Below, one piece after another: positions 1 to 11,478 of a stretch of DNA of 64,000 nucleotides. The DNA lies in the NCBI RefSeq assembly GCF_000143415.4, contig NW_003314379.1, positions 62,001 through 126,000 on the forward strand, read 5' to 3'. Position 1 is the stretch's first letter. Each line of letters opens with the position of its first letter. This DNA comes from Selaginella moellendorffii (Eukaryota; Plantae; Lycopodiophyta). The notes beneath the pieces were generated by a model that did no database searches, had not been told where the DNA came from, and saw nothing but the letters and a program-made list of their open reading frames with translations. A program made the translations under genes and the position numbers.

Positions 1-1409
1 CCAGGGCACAACAATGCAAGTGATGCGACGAAAGGAGTTGCGATATGATTCGCACCAGCAACTGTCCAAGCACCTCTTTTCCATTGAGAGAGCCCTAGCT
101 TGTGAACGTGGCAGCCAAGTTCTGACCACGTCGGCAACATGAAAAAGGCGGGCAGTTTGTTTGGGCCATGACCAAAATCCAAGCACCGTTGTAACGGGCT
201 AAGGTGACGCTGGTGATAACGGTGTCCAGTTTGGTGAAGCCCTAACGGAGTGCTGACGTGGCAAGTGGGCGAGCGAGGGTTCTTGGTTGGGGAGGGAGGA
301 TGGAAGGAGAGGAGTGTGGGTGCTGAATGTGAGCGCACGGGGTGTTCTGTTATGTGTTCTAGTGGTTCAGAAGTGGATCTCTCTTGGTTTCTTTGGTTTC
401 TTTGCTAATGTCCATGAATGGAGGCGGTCCCTGTTTTGACCGCTACACCGTGAAATGCTGCCGTAAGAATATTCGTTCTATTTGTTCTACGACCAACAAG
501 AACACATTGCTTGATCTGAGTAACAAGAGCTGCGGTCGACAATTGAAAACGAAACATTCCTTTCCTATCTCTCGTCAGTCACGCTCAATCTCATGATCGT
601 GAGCGCCCTCCACTTCCTCGTCCTTCTCCTCGCTCGAGTCTTCTTCCTTCTTGACGTCGCTGTCCGTGGATTCCTCTACCCCTTCTTCGAGATCCTGCTT
701 GGGCATTTCTTCGTTTGGCAAGGGGATCGGAGGGGAGAAATTGTCCCTGACCACAGCGTCCGGATCGTCAACAGGAGCAGTGGCAGCCGGCGCTAGGTCG
801 GGCTGTTGTCGGAGTCGTCTACAAACAAGAAAACACAAGAAAGACGCTAGATGAGGCAAGATGCAAGATGTCTCTGATACCTTCATCATCAGATCGATCA
901 GGATCCAACAGGTAATCGAAGAAGCCCGATCCTTTTGTGGAGAAGAAGCGGCCTCTATCGAGAGCCATCGGTAGAGCTCGAGCGTGAGCGCGGAGCACGA
1001 GAGAGAGCATGCGCGAAGATCGATCGCTTCGTAGTAGCGGCACGGAGAGAGAAAGCCACAATCTTGAGATTCATTGCACCCTGCGTCCGTCGATAGATCC
1101 CTGAAGAAACACAAAAGAGAAAAAAATTGCCAGCGGCCACAAAGCTCAGTCTTCGTAATTAAACAAGCTCGTACGTGATTGTACACCGTGATCCGCTATT
1201 TGGTTTGAGCCATGGCCCATTGGCGAGAGATAAATCTGGATGTTCTTTTCACTATATATCTTCTTCATAAACAATTTCGATGATTCTGGAATAAACCAGT
1301 CGAAGATTTTATTCTTGAACAGTCTTCGTCGGCAAAGAATGTCGCCGAATCATCTTTCTTCTCATGGACCACCCTCTACTGTTAAGGTGTTTGATCACGC
1401 CTTGGAGAT

Positions 1410-2070
1410 AGAAAGGATTGTTTTGTTTCTAGCACTGTCCAGTTTATTCTTACCACAAAGCGTTGCTTTGCAGGTGCTACACGAGCTCGATGCTGACAGG
1501 GAAGCAGCTGCATGAGATAGTCGAGATGGCGGTGAAGAGAGCCAAGCGCGGCATACAGGTAGTTCCCGAGCTTGCAGTTGGCAGTACCCGAGGTAATCAG
1601 CCAAGACTTGATCTTGTCTCATGGTTTTTTGCATTGTTGTGTCTAGCTAGGCAAATCCCGCATCTGGAATAGCAACTATAAACGAGTTTCAATCAAGAGA
1701 TCTTGCAGAATTGACAGAGGTAAAATTTGTTTTGTGTGTTTGTTCTTTCATTGTTTTTCTCACTTATTTTCGCGTTCAGCTTACCAGAGAAGTGGTACAT
1801 CTCTTGGAGCAAAACCAAAGCAAAGCAGTGCAAGGCAAGAGTGAAGACGATGGCTTCTCGGACTGTTGTCGCAGTTCCTTGAGTTCGGTTGTCAATACGA
1901 TGGATGGATAGAGATTATGGGAAATATCCGGTGATGGCGGCCATCTCTTTCTCTCGGACAATCCTCTCGAAGCGTTTTCTGGTCACGGTGACAAATCACT
2001 CGTCACTGGCCCTGTTGTCATGGACAAAAATCGCAGGTTAATCTCAGAGCGGATTCTAGGAGCTCGGCCC
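1410..2070 (+). pseudogene. Decayed copy of the KEA1/2 3' exons, introns and 3' flank
   Basis: Collinear with 34110-34950 (caaagcgttgctttgcaggtgctacac vs caaagcgttgcttttcaggtgctacac; caaagcaaagcagtgcaaggcaagagtgaagacgatggc) but with many small deletions and no intact ORF. Confidence 0.85.
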
Positions 2071-2087
2071 ATGCCTGCTCACGACAA

Positions 2088-2715
2088 TTAAAAACCGGCT
2101 CTTAGAAAACAAGGTGCACCAACCTTTTAACGATTGGTCTGCACAATGTGGCAAATGGTCGTATAATTCTGTTAAGGATCACAGCACAACGAACCTGGCC
2201 GACTCGACTAAATCCACAAACTATCATATGGCCTTCGTTCTCTGCAGGCACCAGGCTTCAGACGCCCTGGTGGTCAGACTTTGTTGCGATTAACTGTCCA
2301 GCTGCAGCAGCCAAGGAGTTAATGCCATGGACAAGCCAACAATCAGGAAAATGAGGGAAGATAGCTGAGTACATGCACAACATTTGCAGAGCCAATTTAT
2401 ATCTGATTGCTTCAAGCTATGAAACAGGCGTACCTGGTTAGGCAACAAGGTAAACTCCAAGTAGAAGACCAGTATGCAAGTGGTACTATTTAAGATCGTT
2501 TGCTGATTTTGACCAATTGTTCCAATAGCTGCTATTTCAAGAGCTTCTGCAATTACAGAGTAACACATGCTACAACATACAACAGGCATGATGTCAGCTT
2601 CACAACTTACCTTATGTCTGGATGAATTTGGTGAAATGACAGGTATCAAAGACAAAGATCACTCTCTTGTTTGAAGAGATCCCAACTGTGGAGCCTTTGC
2701 ACTTGGTCCAATTGC
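2088..2715 (-). pseudogene. Decayed copy of the KEA1/2 middle exons (TM end to TrkA start)
   Basis: Reverse complement matches ~32540-34030. The minus strand translates [20 protein letters not shown], and the [13 protein letters not shown] exon is recognisable at ~2190-2235. Confidence 0.85.
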
Positions 2716-3163
2716 TTAACGTTTATAATTCTATGATCGACACCCAAAAGTATTAGTAATATATGAGCCTATTACACTAAAGCCATGTTTATTTACCCTT
2801 GTCTCATTAATAATTTTAGACCATCCATGTTATAGTTCTGTCTCTCAAAGACTAAATTATCATTTATGAATGGTCATCCTAGAACCACTCCTTAACATCC
2901 TTAAAATGCTTGAGACATGGGGAATAATTTTCCCCAACATCCCTTTTTCAATCCCTATCAAATCCTTCTCTATCCCCAGCTATATTTGCTAGTGTTGGCA
3001 TCGAATTCATCAGCTTCAGCTCCAACTCTAGCTCTAGCTCTAACTTCAGCAATATTCAAAGTTGTACCCTTTGTTAAAAATGCATGTGATAGAGGGAGCA
3101 AAAAGTCACATGCTTTGTGCTATTATGTGACCTTTTGGAATCTTGGGTAAGAAATGTATTTCT

Positions 3164-4367
3164 TGTAAGCCACAAATTTTTCCCTTCCAATTTGCCAGTT
3201 TACCTCGACTATCCGTCCAACACTGCCTTGGCTTTTGCTAAGTTCCCTTGCCAAGGTTCTCGCCTATTGAATGTAGGTGGAGTCGTTTATCGGACGTGTT
3301 TCGTGGGCATTTTACTTCCTGGTCGTTGCCGAGGTTTGCATGGTACCAGCTCCTACTTGGTTTCAGCTACTCACTGCACGAGCAACAGAGTGTTAGCCAT
3401 CCATCCACAGATTCCTAAATCACTCCCAATCCCCCTCCCCGGGTTAGACTGGACTTAAGGTTCGGCTACACTCCCCGCAAGCACAAGCAGCCAAGCACAC
3501 CAAGCTTCCAGGTTCCTAACATCCTTTGGTACCACAAAACTTGATCATGGGACCCTCTAAATCCCAAGTCTTGAGTGCAACACTTGCTTCGGGATGCCGG
3601 GGCGAAACACCGTGGCCTAGCGGCCCGGTATGGGTACCTTTACCCCCCCACTTCCATCCCAAAGGAAGGCCCAAGCCCCTAGGAAGGGCGAGGACCAATG
3701 AGCCGCATGGTACTCAAGTGGGGCACCACTCCACATGAGCCGAGAACACTGCAGTCGGTTTCCCTTTCGGGAGTGGGAGCTGCTCTTGAGCACTTCCTTG
3801 GATGGCCCCTCCGGCACCAACCAAGTCCATGCTCACTCCCACCCAAGGCCCCTCGGTCCCAGTCCCAACCTCAAGTCAGTTTGGGAGCCCCACTGGAGAG
3901 TCCCTTCTAAATTGGTTCCTGGACCTCACTATCCCTACTATACTTTTGGAACCCCCTGCAGCCCCCCCCCCCCCCCCTTGGGAGACGCACGCTTTGGGCT
4001 TTCACCCCTTGACCTGTATTAGTATTTGGACTTAGTCTCTGGCTCGATCTCGGACCCGATTTCGGATCCGACTTCGGATTCGGTCTCGGACTCGATCTCG
4101 GACTCGATCTCGGACCCGATCTCGGACCCGACCTCGGACTCGACTTCGGACTCGGTCTCGGACCCGATTTCGGATCTCGGACTCCATCTCGAACTCGGTC
4201 TCGAACTCGGACTCGAACTCGATTCCGGACTCTATCTCGAACTCGGTCCTAGAGTCGGTCTTGGCCTCGATCTTCGACTTGGTCCCATCCAATGAACTCT
4301 TTGTCATTTTGGTCATGCTTTCGGGGTTCTTTTAGCCTACGACACCTCGGCGAGTTGATTCCTTACA
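3164..4367 (-). repeat. 3' LTR (~1.2 kb)
   Basis: Starts tgtaag at 3164 and ends cttaca at 4367. 3505-4367 aligns with 7561-8446. Confidence 0.88.
4040..4275. repeat. Tandem 6/12-bp repeat array (tcggac/tcgatc/tcgaac) inside the LTR
   Basis: Directly visible periodic repeats. The same array occurs at 8095-8355. Confidence 0.9.
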
Positions 4368-4916
4368 ACTCCACCACCCATAGAAGAAGTTCGATGCCCA
4401 CATCGAACATCTCTCTTTTGATCCTACGACTTGTTGACCATGTCTCCGAGGGCATCCCCCCACTTAGCGGTGTGCCTAAGTTAGCCTCCCCGGCCAAGAG
4501 CCCATGACAACGGAATATAGGTGTCCCTATACTCCTCACCTCACCACGCCCTAGTATGGGGTCGGGACTTGAACCCAGCCTTGCTTTACTAGGGGGTTGG
4601 GACTCGAACCCAACCTCCGTAGAATACGTCTATAGATTCGACATCCCCGCAGGGAGTCGGGCGTAGCTCCCTACGCCTGGTCGACCTAGCTAACCCATGC
4701 TAATTAGCTTACCTTCGGCGCGCCTTCGGGTCCCAACATATGCCACTTGCTCAACTTTGCAATTGATATTTTTAATTGAACTTTGCATAAGTACATAGAG
4801 TTCTGCCTTGCAGAAATTCCTTCACTAGATCTCGCACGTTCACTAGGTTCTCCTCCGGTTCCCATGTTGCTTCGCAGTGTGGAAAGCCTTTCCACTTCAC
4901 ATGGAACTCTCTCACC

Positions 4917-7268
4917 TCACGTCCTTGTCGCTTGCTCTTGCGCGATGGCCTCGACCTCGTATTCCTCTTCCCCTTGGATAACCTCAGGTAAAGGTCTTAC
5001 TTGGTCCTTGCGAAGCGGATCCTCAAAGTACGGCTTGAGTAAGTTCACATGGAACACTGGGTGCATCTTCCCCATCTCTCGAGGAAGTCGGAGTCGGTAA
5101 GCCACTTTACCGATTCGTGCCTCAATCTCGTAAGGCCCCGTGAACCTGCTTAAGGAACTCAAGATCAATTCATTTACAGGAATACATGCATTTTTACCTT
5201 CGGGTCAACTTTCAGCTGATCCCACTTGGTAGCCTGAGGTTCTTGGTGTTCAGCCACACCTTCTCCCCAGCTTGGAATTCCACATCTCGGCGCTTTAGGT
5301 TTGCGTACTTGGTTTGCCTTTGTTGAGCCCGTTCCAAGGAATCCCTCACTAGATTCCAAATGTTGAGTCTTTCCGCCGTGAATGCCTCCACTGCGGGTAG
5401 CTCTCCATGATACTCGGCCACGCCGAGTTCCACAGGGCCTTCAATAGCTCGCCCATTGATGACTTCCCATGGACTCACCCCGATACTCGAATGTGGTGAG
5501 TTGTTATAACACATTTCCGCAAGTCCCAAATGACTTACCCAATCGGTCTGGTCTCCCGAGACATAGCATCGCAAATAATCCTCCAGCTGCCTATTCACCC
5601 TTTCCGTTTGTCCGTCTATCGAGAAGTGTTAGGGCCACCAAACTTGACTTAATACCCCATACCTGTTTGTGGGTGATAGGCTATGCTGAATTTCAACTTG
5701 GTGCGATACTGTTCCAGGAGGGTCCTCCAGAACCTACTAGTGAAGATCTTATTTCGATCTGAGATAATCTCTTCTGGCCTTCCCCGCACTCGAACCACTT
5801 GTTTGAAGAACAGTTTCGCCACACCTTCCGCATCCACTTCCGTTGTGGTGGGTATGAAATGTGCCATATTCGAAAATCGATCCACCACCACGAATACCGC
5901 ATCGAACCCCTCGCTTGGGGGTAGTCCCGTGATGAAGTCCATCGTAAGACATTTCCACGGAGGATCTGGAATTGGGATGCTTTGCAACAAGCCCCCACTA
6001 GCCTTAGTCATGGCTTTGATCTGCTGACATGTTGGACATGTCTTTACATAGTCTTGGACGTCCTTAGCCATATCTGGCCAATGGTACTTCCTCTTGAGTA
6101 AGCCCATCGTCTTGGGCACTCCGCTATGTCCCGCTAGAGGTCCGTCATGACACTCTTCTAAAGCTACCTTCCTTAGTCCCCCTTCTGGAACATACACCCT
6201 TGTTTGCTTGTAATAAATGAGTCTGTTGCGTTCCGCATAGCCCATTTTCTCTTTTGTTGGCAGCTCACCTCTCTGGTGAGCTTCCCGCGCCTCCAGATTC
6301 CTCAACAACACTTCTTGTGCTAGACCATCGTTCTCATATGCTGTCCGCACATCGTCCCAGAAGGTTGCTGTCGCGCTAGATATCGCCAACTTCAAGCTCG
6401 CTTTTCGACTTAGCGCATTTGCCACGATGTTGCTCTTCCCAGGCTTGTACAGGATCTCGCAATCAAACTCGGCCAAAGCATTGGCCCACCGACCTTGTTT
6501 TCCCCTTAGGTCGGGCTGTGATAAGAAGTGTTTCGTTGCCACATTGTCCGTGTAAACCTTGAAGTGTCTCCCAAGGTAGTGTCGCCACTCCTTGAGCGCC
6601 TTGACCACCGCAAACAATTCCTTCTCGTGGGCAGGCCACTTCCGTTGAGCCTTGTCCAGCTTCTTCGAGAAGAACGCTACTGGATGGTTGTCTTGCTTCA
6701 AAACTGCGCCCAACGCAAAGTCCGAAGCATCCGTGTCTACCTCAAAGTCCTTACCAAAGTCTGGTAATACCAACACCGGAGCCTTCCTCAACTTCCCTTT
6801 GAGGTGGACGAATGCCGCCTCGCATTCCGCTGTCCATACCATCTTCCCTTTTCCTGTTTGGTCCGTTAAGGGCAGGGCTACTCTCGAATAGTGTCTGATA
6901 AACTTTCGATAGTAGTTGCATAGCCCCAGGAACGCCCTCAACTCATGTACATTCGATGGTCGTTCCCATTCCTGGATCGCTTGGACCTTCTCCGGGTCCA
7001 CCTTGAGCCCGTCCTGGCCCACCACATGCCCGAGAAACTTTACCTCTTGTTGAGCAAAGTCACATTTGCTCTCTTTAGCATACAGTTTGTGTTCCCTTAG
7101 TTTCTCAAACACCTTCGCCAAGTGTTCGGCATGCTCCTCTAGCGTCTCGCTATAGATCAGGATGTCGTCAATATAGACGACCACGAAGCGATCCAGATAG
7201 GGTACAAAGATGTGGTTCATCAACGCCGAAAACGTTGCCGGTGCATTGCACAGCCCAAAGGGCATCAC
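4917..7268 (-). pseudogene. Retrotransposon pol (RT C-half, RNase H, integrase, GPY/F, truncated chromodomain), disrupted
   Basis: [12 protein letters not shown] and YIDDILIYS (RT); [12 protein letters not shown] (RNase H); H...H...CPTC zinc finger, [14 protein letters not shown] (IN); FTGPYEI...HPVFHVNLLKPY; EEEYEVEAI (chromo). Split over 3 ORFs by short insertions near 5620-5660 and 5160-5200. Confidence 0.92.
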
Positions 7269-7269
7269 C

Positions 7270-7560
7270 NNNNNNNNNNNNNNNNNNNNNNNNNNNNNNN
7301 NNNNNNNNNNNNNNNNNNNNNNNNNNNNNNNNNNNNNNNNNNNNNNNNNNNNNNNNNNNNNNNNNNNNNNNNNNNNNNNNNNNNNNNNNNNNNNNNNNNN
7401 NNNNNNNNNNNNNNNNNNNNNNNNNNNNNNNNNNNNNNNNNNNNNNNNNNNNNNNNNNNNNNNNNNNNNNNNNNNNNNNNNNNNNNNNNNNNNNNNNNNN
7501 NNNNNNNNNNNNNNNNNNNNNNNNNNNNNNNNNNNNNNNNNNNNNNNNNNNNNNNNNNNN
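7270..7560. other. Assembly gap (N run)
   Basis: 291 consecutive n. Confidence 1.
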
Positions 7561-8446
7561 CTTCCAGGTTCCTAACATCCCTTGGTACCACAAGACTTGA
7601 TCATGGGACCCTCTAAATCCCAAGTCTTGAGTGCAACACTTGCTTCGGGACGCCGGGGCGAAACACCGTGGCCTAGCGGCCCGGTATGGGTACCTCTCGC
7701 CCCCCACTTCCATCCCGAAGGAAGGCCCAAGCCCCTAGGAAGGGCGAAGACCAATGAGCCGCATGGTACTCAAGTGGGGCACCACTCCACATGAGCCGGG
7801 AGCATCGCAGTCGGTTTCCCTTTCGGGAGTGGGAGCTGCTCTTGAGCACTTCTTTGGATGGCCCCTCCGGCACCAACCAAGTCCATGCTCACTCCCACCC
7901 AAGGCCCCTCGGTCCCAGTCCCAACCTCAAGTCAGTTTGGGAGCCCCACTGGAGAGTCCCTTCTAAATTGGTTCCTGGACCTCACTATCCCTACTATACT
8001 TTTGGAACCCCCTGCAGCCCCCCCCCCCCCCCCTGGGAGACGCACGCATTGGGCTTTCACCCCTTGACCCGTATTAGTATTTGGACTTAGTCTCTGGCTC
8101 GATCTCGGATCCGATTTCGGATCCGACTTCGGATTCGGTCTTGGACTCGATCTCGGACTCGATCTCGGACTCGATCTCGGACCCGACCTCGGACTCGACT
8201 TCGGACTCGGTCTCGGACCCGATTTCGGATCTCGGACTCCGTCTCGAACTCGGTCTCGAACTCGGACTCGAACTCGGTCCCCGAGTTGGTCTCGGACTCG
8301 ATTCCGGACTCTATCTCGAACTCGGTCCTAGAGTCGGTCTTGGCCTCGATCTTCGACTTGGTCCCATCCGATGAACTCTTTGTCATTTTGGTCATGCTTT
8401 CGGGGTTTCTTTAGCCTACGACACCTCGGCGAGTTGGTTCCTTACA
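7561..8446 (-). repeat. 5' LTR (partial, runs into the gap)
   Basis: Near-identical to 3505-4367. Ends cttaca at 8446. Confidence 0.9.
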
Positions 8447-9249
8447 TTCCTATCTGGCAAAAAGATTAGTCACTCTATAGTATAGCAAAATTTTCTCCTC
8501 TTGTATTATCTCTAATGGGTGATGGCTCCACTTACTTATAATGTTTAATGAATTGATGTTCCTAGTGTAACCACTAAGTTTGGATTCAAGTGAGCAATTC
8601 CCTTATCTTGAAATTGGGTGAGCTCAATCACATGGGGGTGCATGTGAAAAGCTCATTAAACCTTATCATTTAGAGGAAGGAGAAGTTTTTAGTAGGTGAA
8701 CCTATTGAAAGATCATTGACACACATTTATAAATTGTAAACCGTAAACATTATATTGTCCCCGAGGGGCTATGCCCTAAGGCATGGCTGGTTGGGATACC
8801 TAGTCTGGCTGCATGCACTTGTATAAGTAATCTTGGGCTTGAGTAATACTAGGTTAAAAGACCTCTTAGGAAGTCCAAATCAAGGCACTTGTGCCACTAT
8901 CCCCTAGCTATTGGCTCATACTTAGAGATAATGTGATTGTTATCAACAATTATTTTTTATCTTGTGGTCTTAATTTGAAGATTAAAAGATCCACTACAAA
9001 CAAATGACCCCAACTTTATTTCCCACCATATCTAAGATCATGATTGCCCAGAGGTTAGTCATTTTGGGGGGAGGAAAATGTATGAGTTTATCAAATGTAA
9101 ATTTTTTTTGGAAGGACATAAAAAATGACTAACTCACTGATAACTCAAATATTGCAAGATATGCAAAAAAATTCAATAAGTTAAAGTGCCAAGGGAAAAG
9201 TAAATGGAACTTTTGCTATTATTCCTTATCTCAGAGGACAAATAGATGA

Positions 9250-9900
9250 GCATATCCATGGATTTTATTATGCGTTTGCCAAGAACACAAGGCAAAACAA
9301 GCAAGCTTGGGTCATTATGGATTGTTTGACCATGTCTATAATGTTGATTCCTTTGAAAAAAGGAGCAAAGAATGTGAACATAATTGCAGTTTATTTGGAG
9401 CATGTTTTTTTTTGTGAAGCTCATGAAGATTGGCATCAAGCCAATTAGTGGGGATATCCTTAAACAAATGGTAAAACTGAGCAAATCAATTAAGGACATG
9501 CTAATAAGGTGCACTATTCATAGACAACAAGGATAATAGGATAAATTCTTATTCCTTGTGGAGTTTGTCTATAACACTCAGTATAGTGGCACCAATATAA
9601 CACTTTGCAATGTATGGTCATAATTTCAGGACAGCTTCTAAGCTTGATTTACTTGGATCTCAAGGATCTAAGATGGATGATGAGGCAAAAAATGTATCCA
9701 TGGAATTACTTTTAAAGAGTTCAAAGTTGGTGACTTGGTTTATGTGCAAGTACTATTTATTATCATAGAGTTGTACAACTATTGTGTCTTTAAGAGATGG
9801 GAGAAGTGACAAATTGTCCCTTATGTATTCAAATCCCTACAAAATCTTAGAACGTATCAATAAAGTGGCTTACTGAGTGAAGTTGTCAAGTGGGGTTAAA
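9250..9900 (+). mobile_element. Highly degenerate Ty3/gypsy integrase relic
   Basis: Broken translations ISMDFIMRLPRTQG, YP*TNGKTEQIN, LVEFVYN, FKVGDLVYV, PYKILERINKVAY*VKL. Confidence 0.75.
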
Positions 9901-11011
9901 GTTTTAAAGCTCTTGTTTCTAAAGTTGTACCAACTCATATGACACCACCAACTAAAAGCTCCTACCACAACTTATAATGAAATCATTCACAAAATCATTT
10001 GCTCTTCAAGTGCACTAAGTTTGTGTCATGCGTTTTATCAAATTTGCTTAATCTATTGTCTTTGACTGTCTTTGCCTCCAAAGTTGGGACTTCTCTTTTG
10101 AAAGTGTAAGAGCCTCATGATTACAATTTAAATGTCCAATGATCCTTCAACTTAAATTCGTTCATTGCCCTCTCCATAACTGGATCTCTCACTCATTGAC
10201 TAACAGTGAAACTTTTACTGCTTACACACTTGTTGTTGGTGGCCTGCTTCACTGCAAAATTGAAAATTAAGGAAAATGTCATTGGAGTTTGCTAGACAGA
10301 GATAGACATCAACATTTGTTATTAAGCCTTCCCAATCATCAATGAAAACTTCCACTTTATAGTTGTATTGTCCCTAAAAATCTTAAACATACAAATATAG
10401 TTCAAATACTTAATCTTAAAAAAACTTTAGTATTATATTATAATACTAACTTTCAAGGTTAGTACTAACCTTAAATATAAACTTAAAAATCGATAACATA
10501 TTCTTAGTTATATGTTTTAAACAGCAATATAAATGAGGGAATATTCTTTAGATGGCAACAATTATTCTAATAAAATATTCTCAAGTCAACAGTGACTTGG
10601 CTCCCTAAATACCAAGCAGCTTGGTGACAAGTATACATAACTGAAAAGTAGAAAGACTAAAGACTGTCTGGCTAATTGAATATCAGTACCCAGCCCCTGA
10701 AATGGTGCTTGAAAGTGGAGTGATATTTCATAACTTGTTGCTGTTTAGAGTTGCCTCATCTAGCTGCTTTTAATATGGTCTTTTATATCAACAAACACAC
10801 CTGTGCAAGTTGATCGTGACCAAAAATACATGCTGCCAAAGCGCATCACTCCAATCCTATGAACCCTAGAAAAAATTAGCGAAGAGGAAGAACAGATCCA
10901 CCATGCAGCCTTTCTTTACATACAAACTGAATTTGAATAATTGAATTCAGCATTCAATCCCAATTACATCCTATTCAAATTCCAAATTTCAGTTTTAATA
11001 CAGGCTTAATC

Positions 11012-11089
11012 AAAGTGTTTATGATATTAATTTATTTTTTCCTAGTTATGCTTAAACTAGAAAAAATAAATTAATATCTTAAACACTTT
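11012..11089. repeat. AT-rich inverted repeat (~35-bp arms)
   Basis: aaagtgtttatgatattaatttattttttcctagtt ... aactagaaaaaataaattaatatcttaaacacttt, with 1 mismatch and 1 indel. Confidence 0.9.
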
Positions 11090-11478
11090 AAATGTATCAA
11101 ATATGACCTATTAAATGTATAATTATACAGATACAACACAAATTTTGAAATAATCTATGGTACATGTTTTAAAATTTACTATAAAAATTACAGGCCTGAA
11201 AAAACATCAAATTTTCAGAAATTCGTATAGGGGTCTGAAAAAGCATATTTACTGGGACTAAGTTATTACGAGTGACCACGGAATACTGGTTTTGTTTCAT
11301 GCTTAACGAATTTTCCCGTTGTTAGTGGTTTCACAAGATATATTTCAAATTTCTCGGCAGCTCGAGTCGATCCCTGCCGCACTGTCTCCTGCACGGTCTG
11401 GAAATTCGGAGAATCTGCATCAGACGGTGTTGCGGCTAGGGCTTAGGCCAAGTGTTGCGGCTAGGGTTCTAGGGTTTC

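Larger units (their letters stand above)
3164..8446 (-). mobile_element. Ty3/gypsy LTR retrotransposon, chromovirus-type
   Basis: Two near-identical LTRs with TGTAAG...CTTACA termini. 5-bp flanks tttct/ttcct form a TSD with 1 mismatch. RT-RNaseH-integrase-GPY/F-chromodomain order on the minus strand. Purine-rich tract (tgggtggtggag on minus) abuts the left LTR. Confidence 0.93.

Noticed and set aside
1-480. Possible DNA-transposon terminal region (ACGTGGCA motifs)
   Set aside because: No partner end or TSD visible within the window.
575-1186. Acidic 203-aa minus ORF or a spliced gene starting MLSLVLRAHAR at 1010
   Set aside because: The obvious intron (880-819) leads to a stop after 8 codons and no family motif is recognisable; a small gene cannot be excluded.
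4026-4316. ORFs with SDPI/RDRV repeats (also 8081-8395) as proteins or a CRISPR-like array
   Set aside because: By-products of a 6/12-bp tandem repeat inside the LTRs; no unique spacers, no cas genes, eukaryotic context.
7168-7713. ORFs containing X runs
   Set aside because: Artefacts of the N gap.
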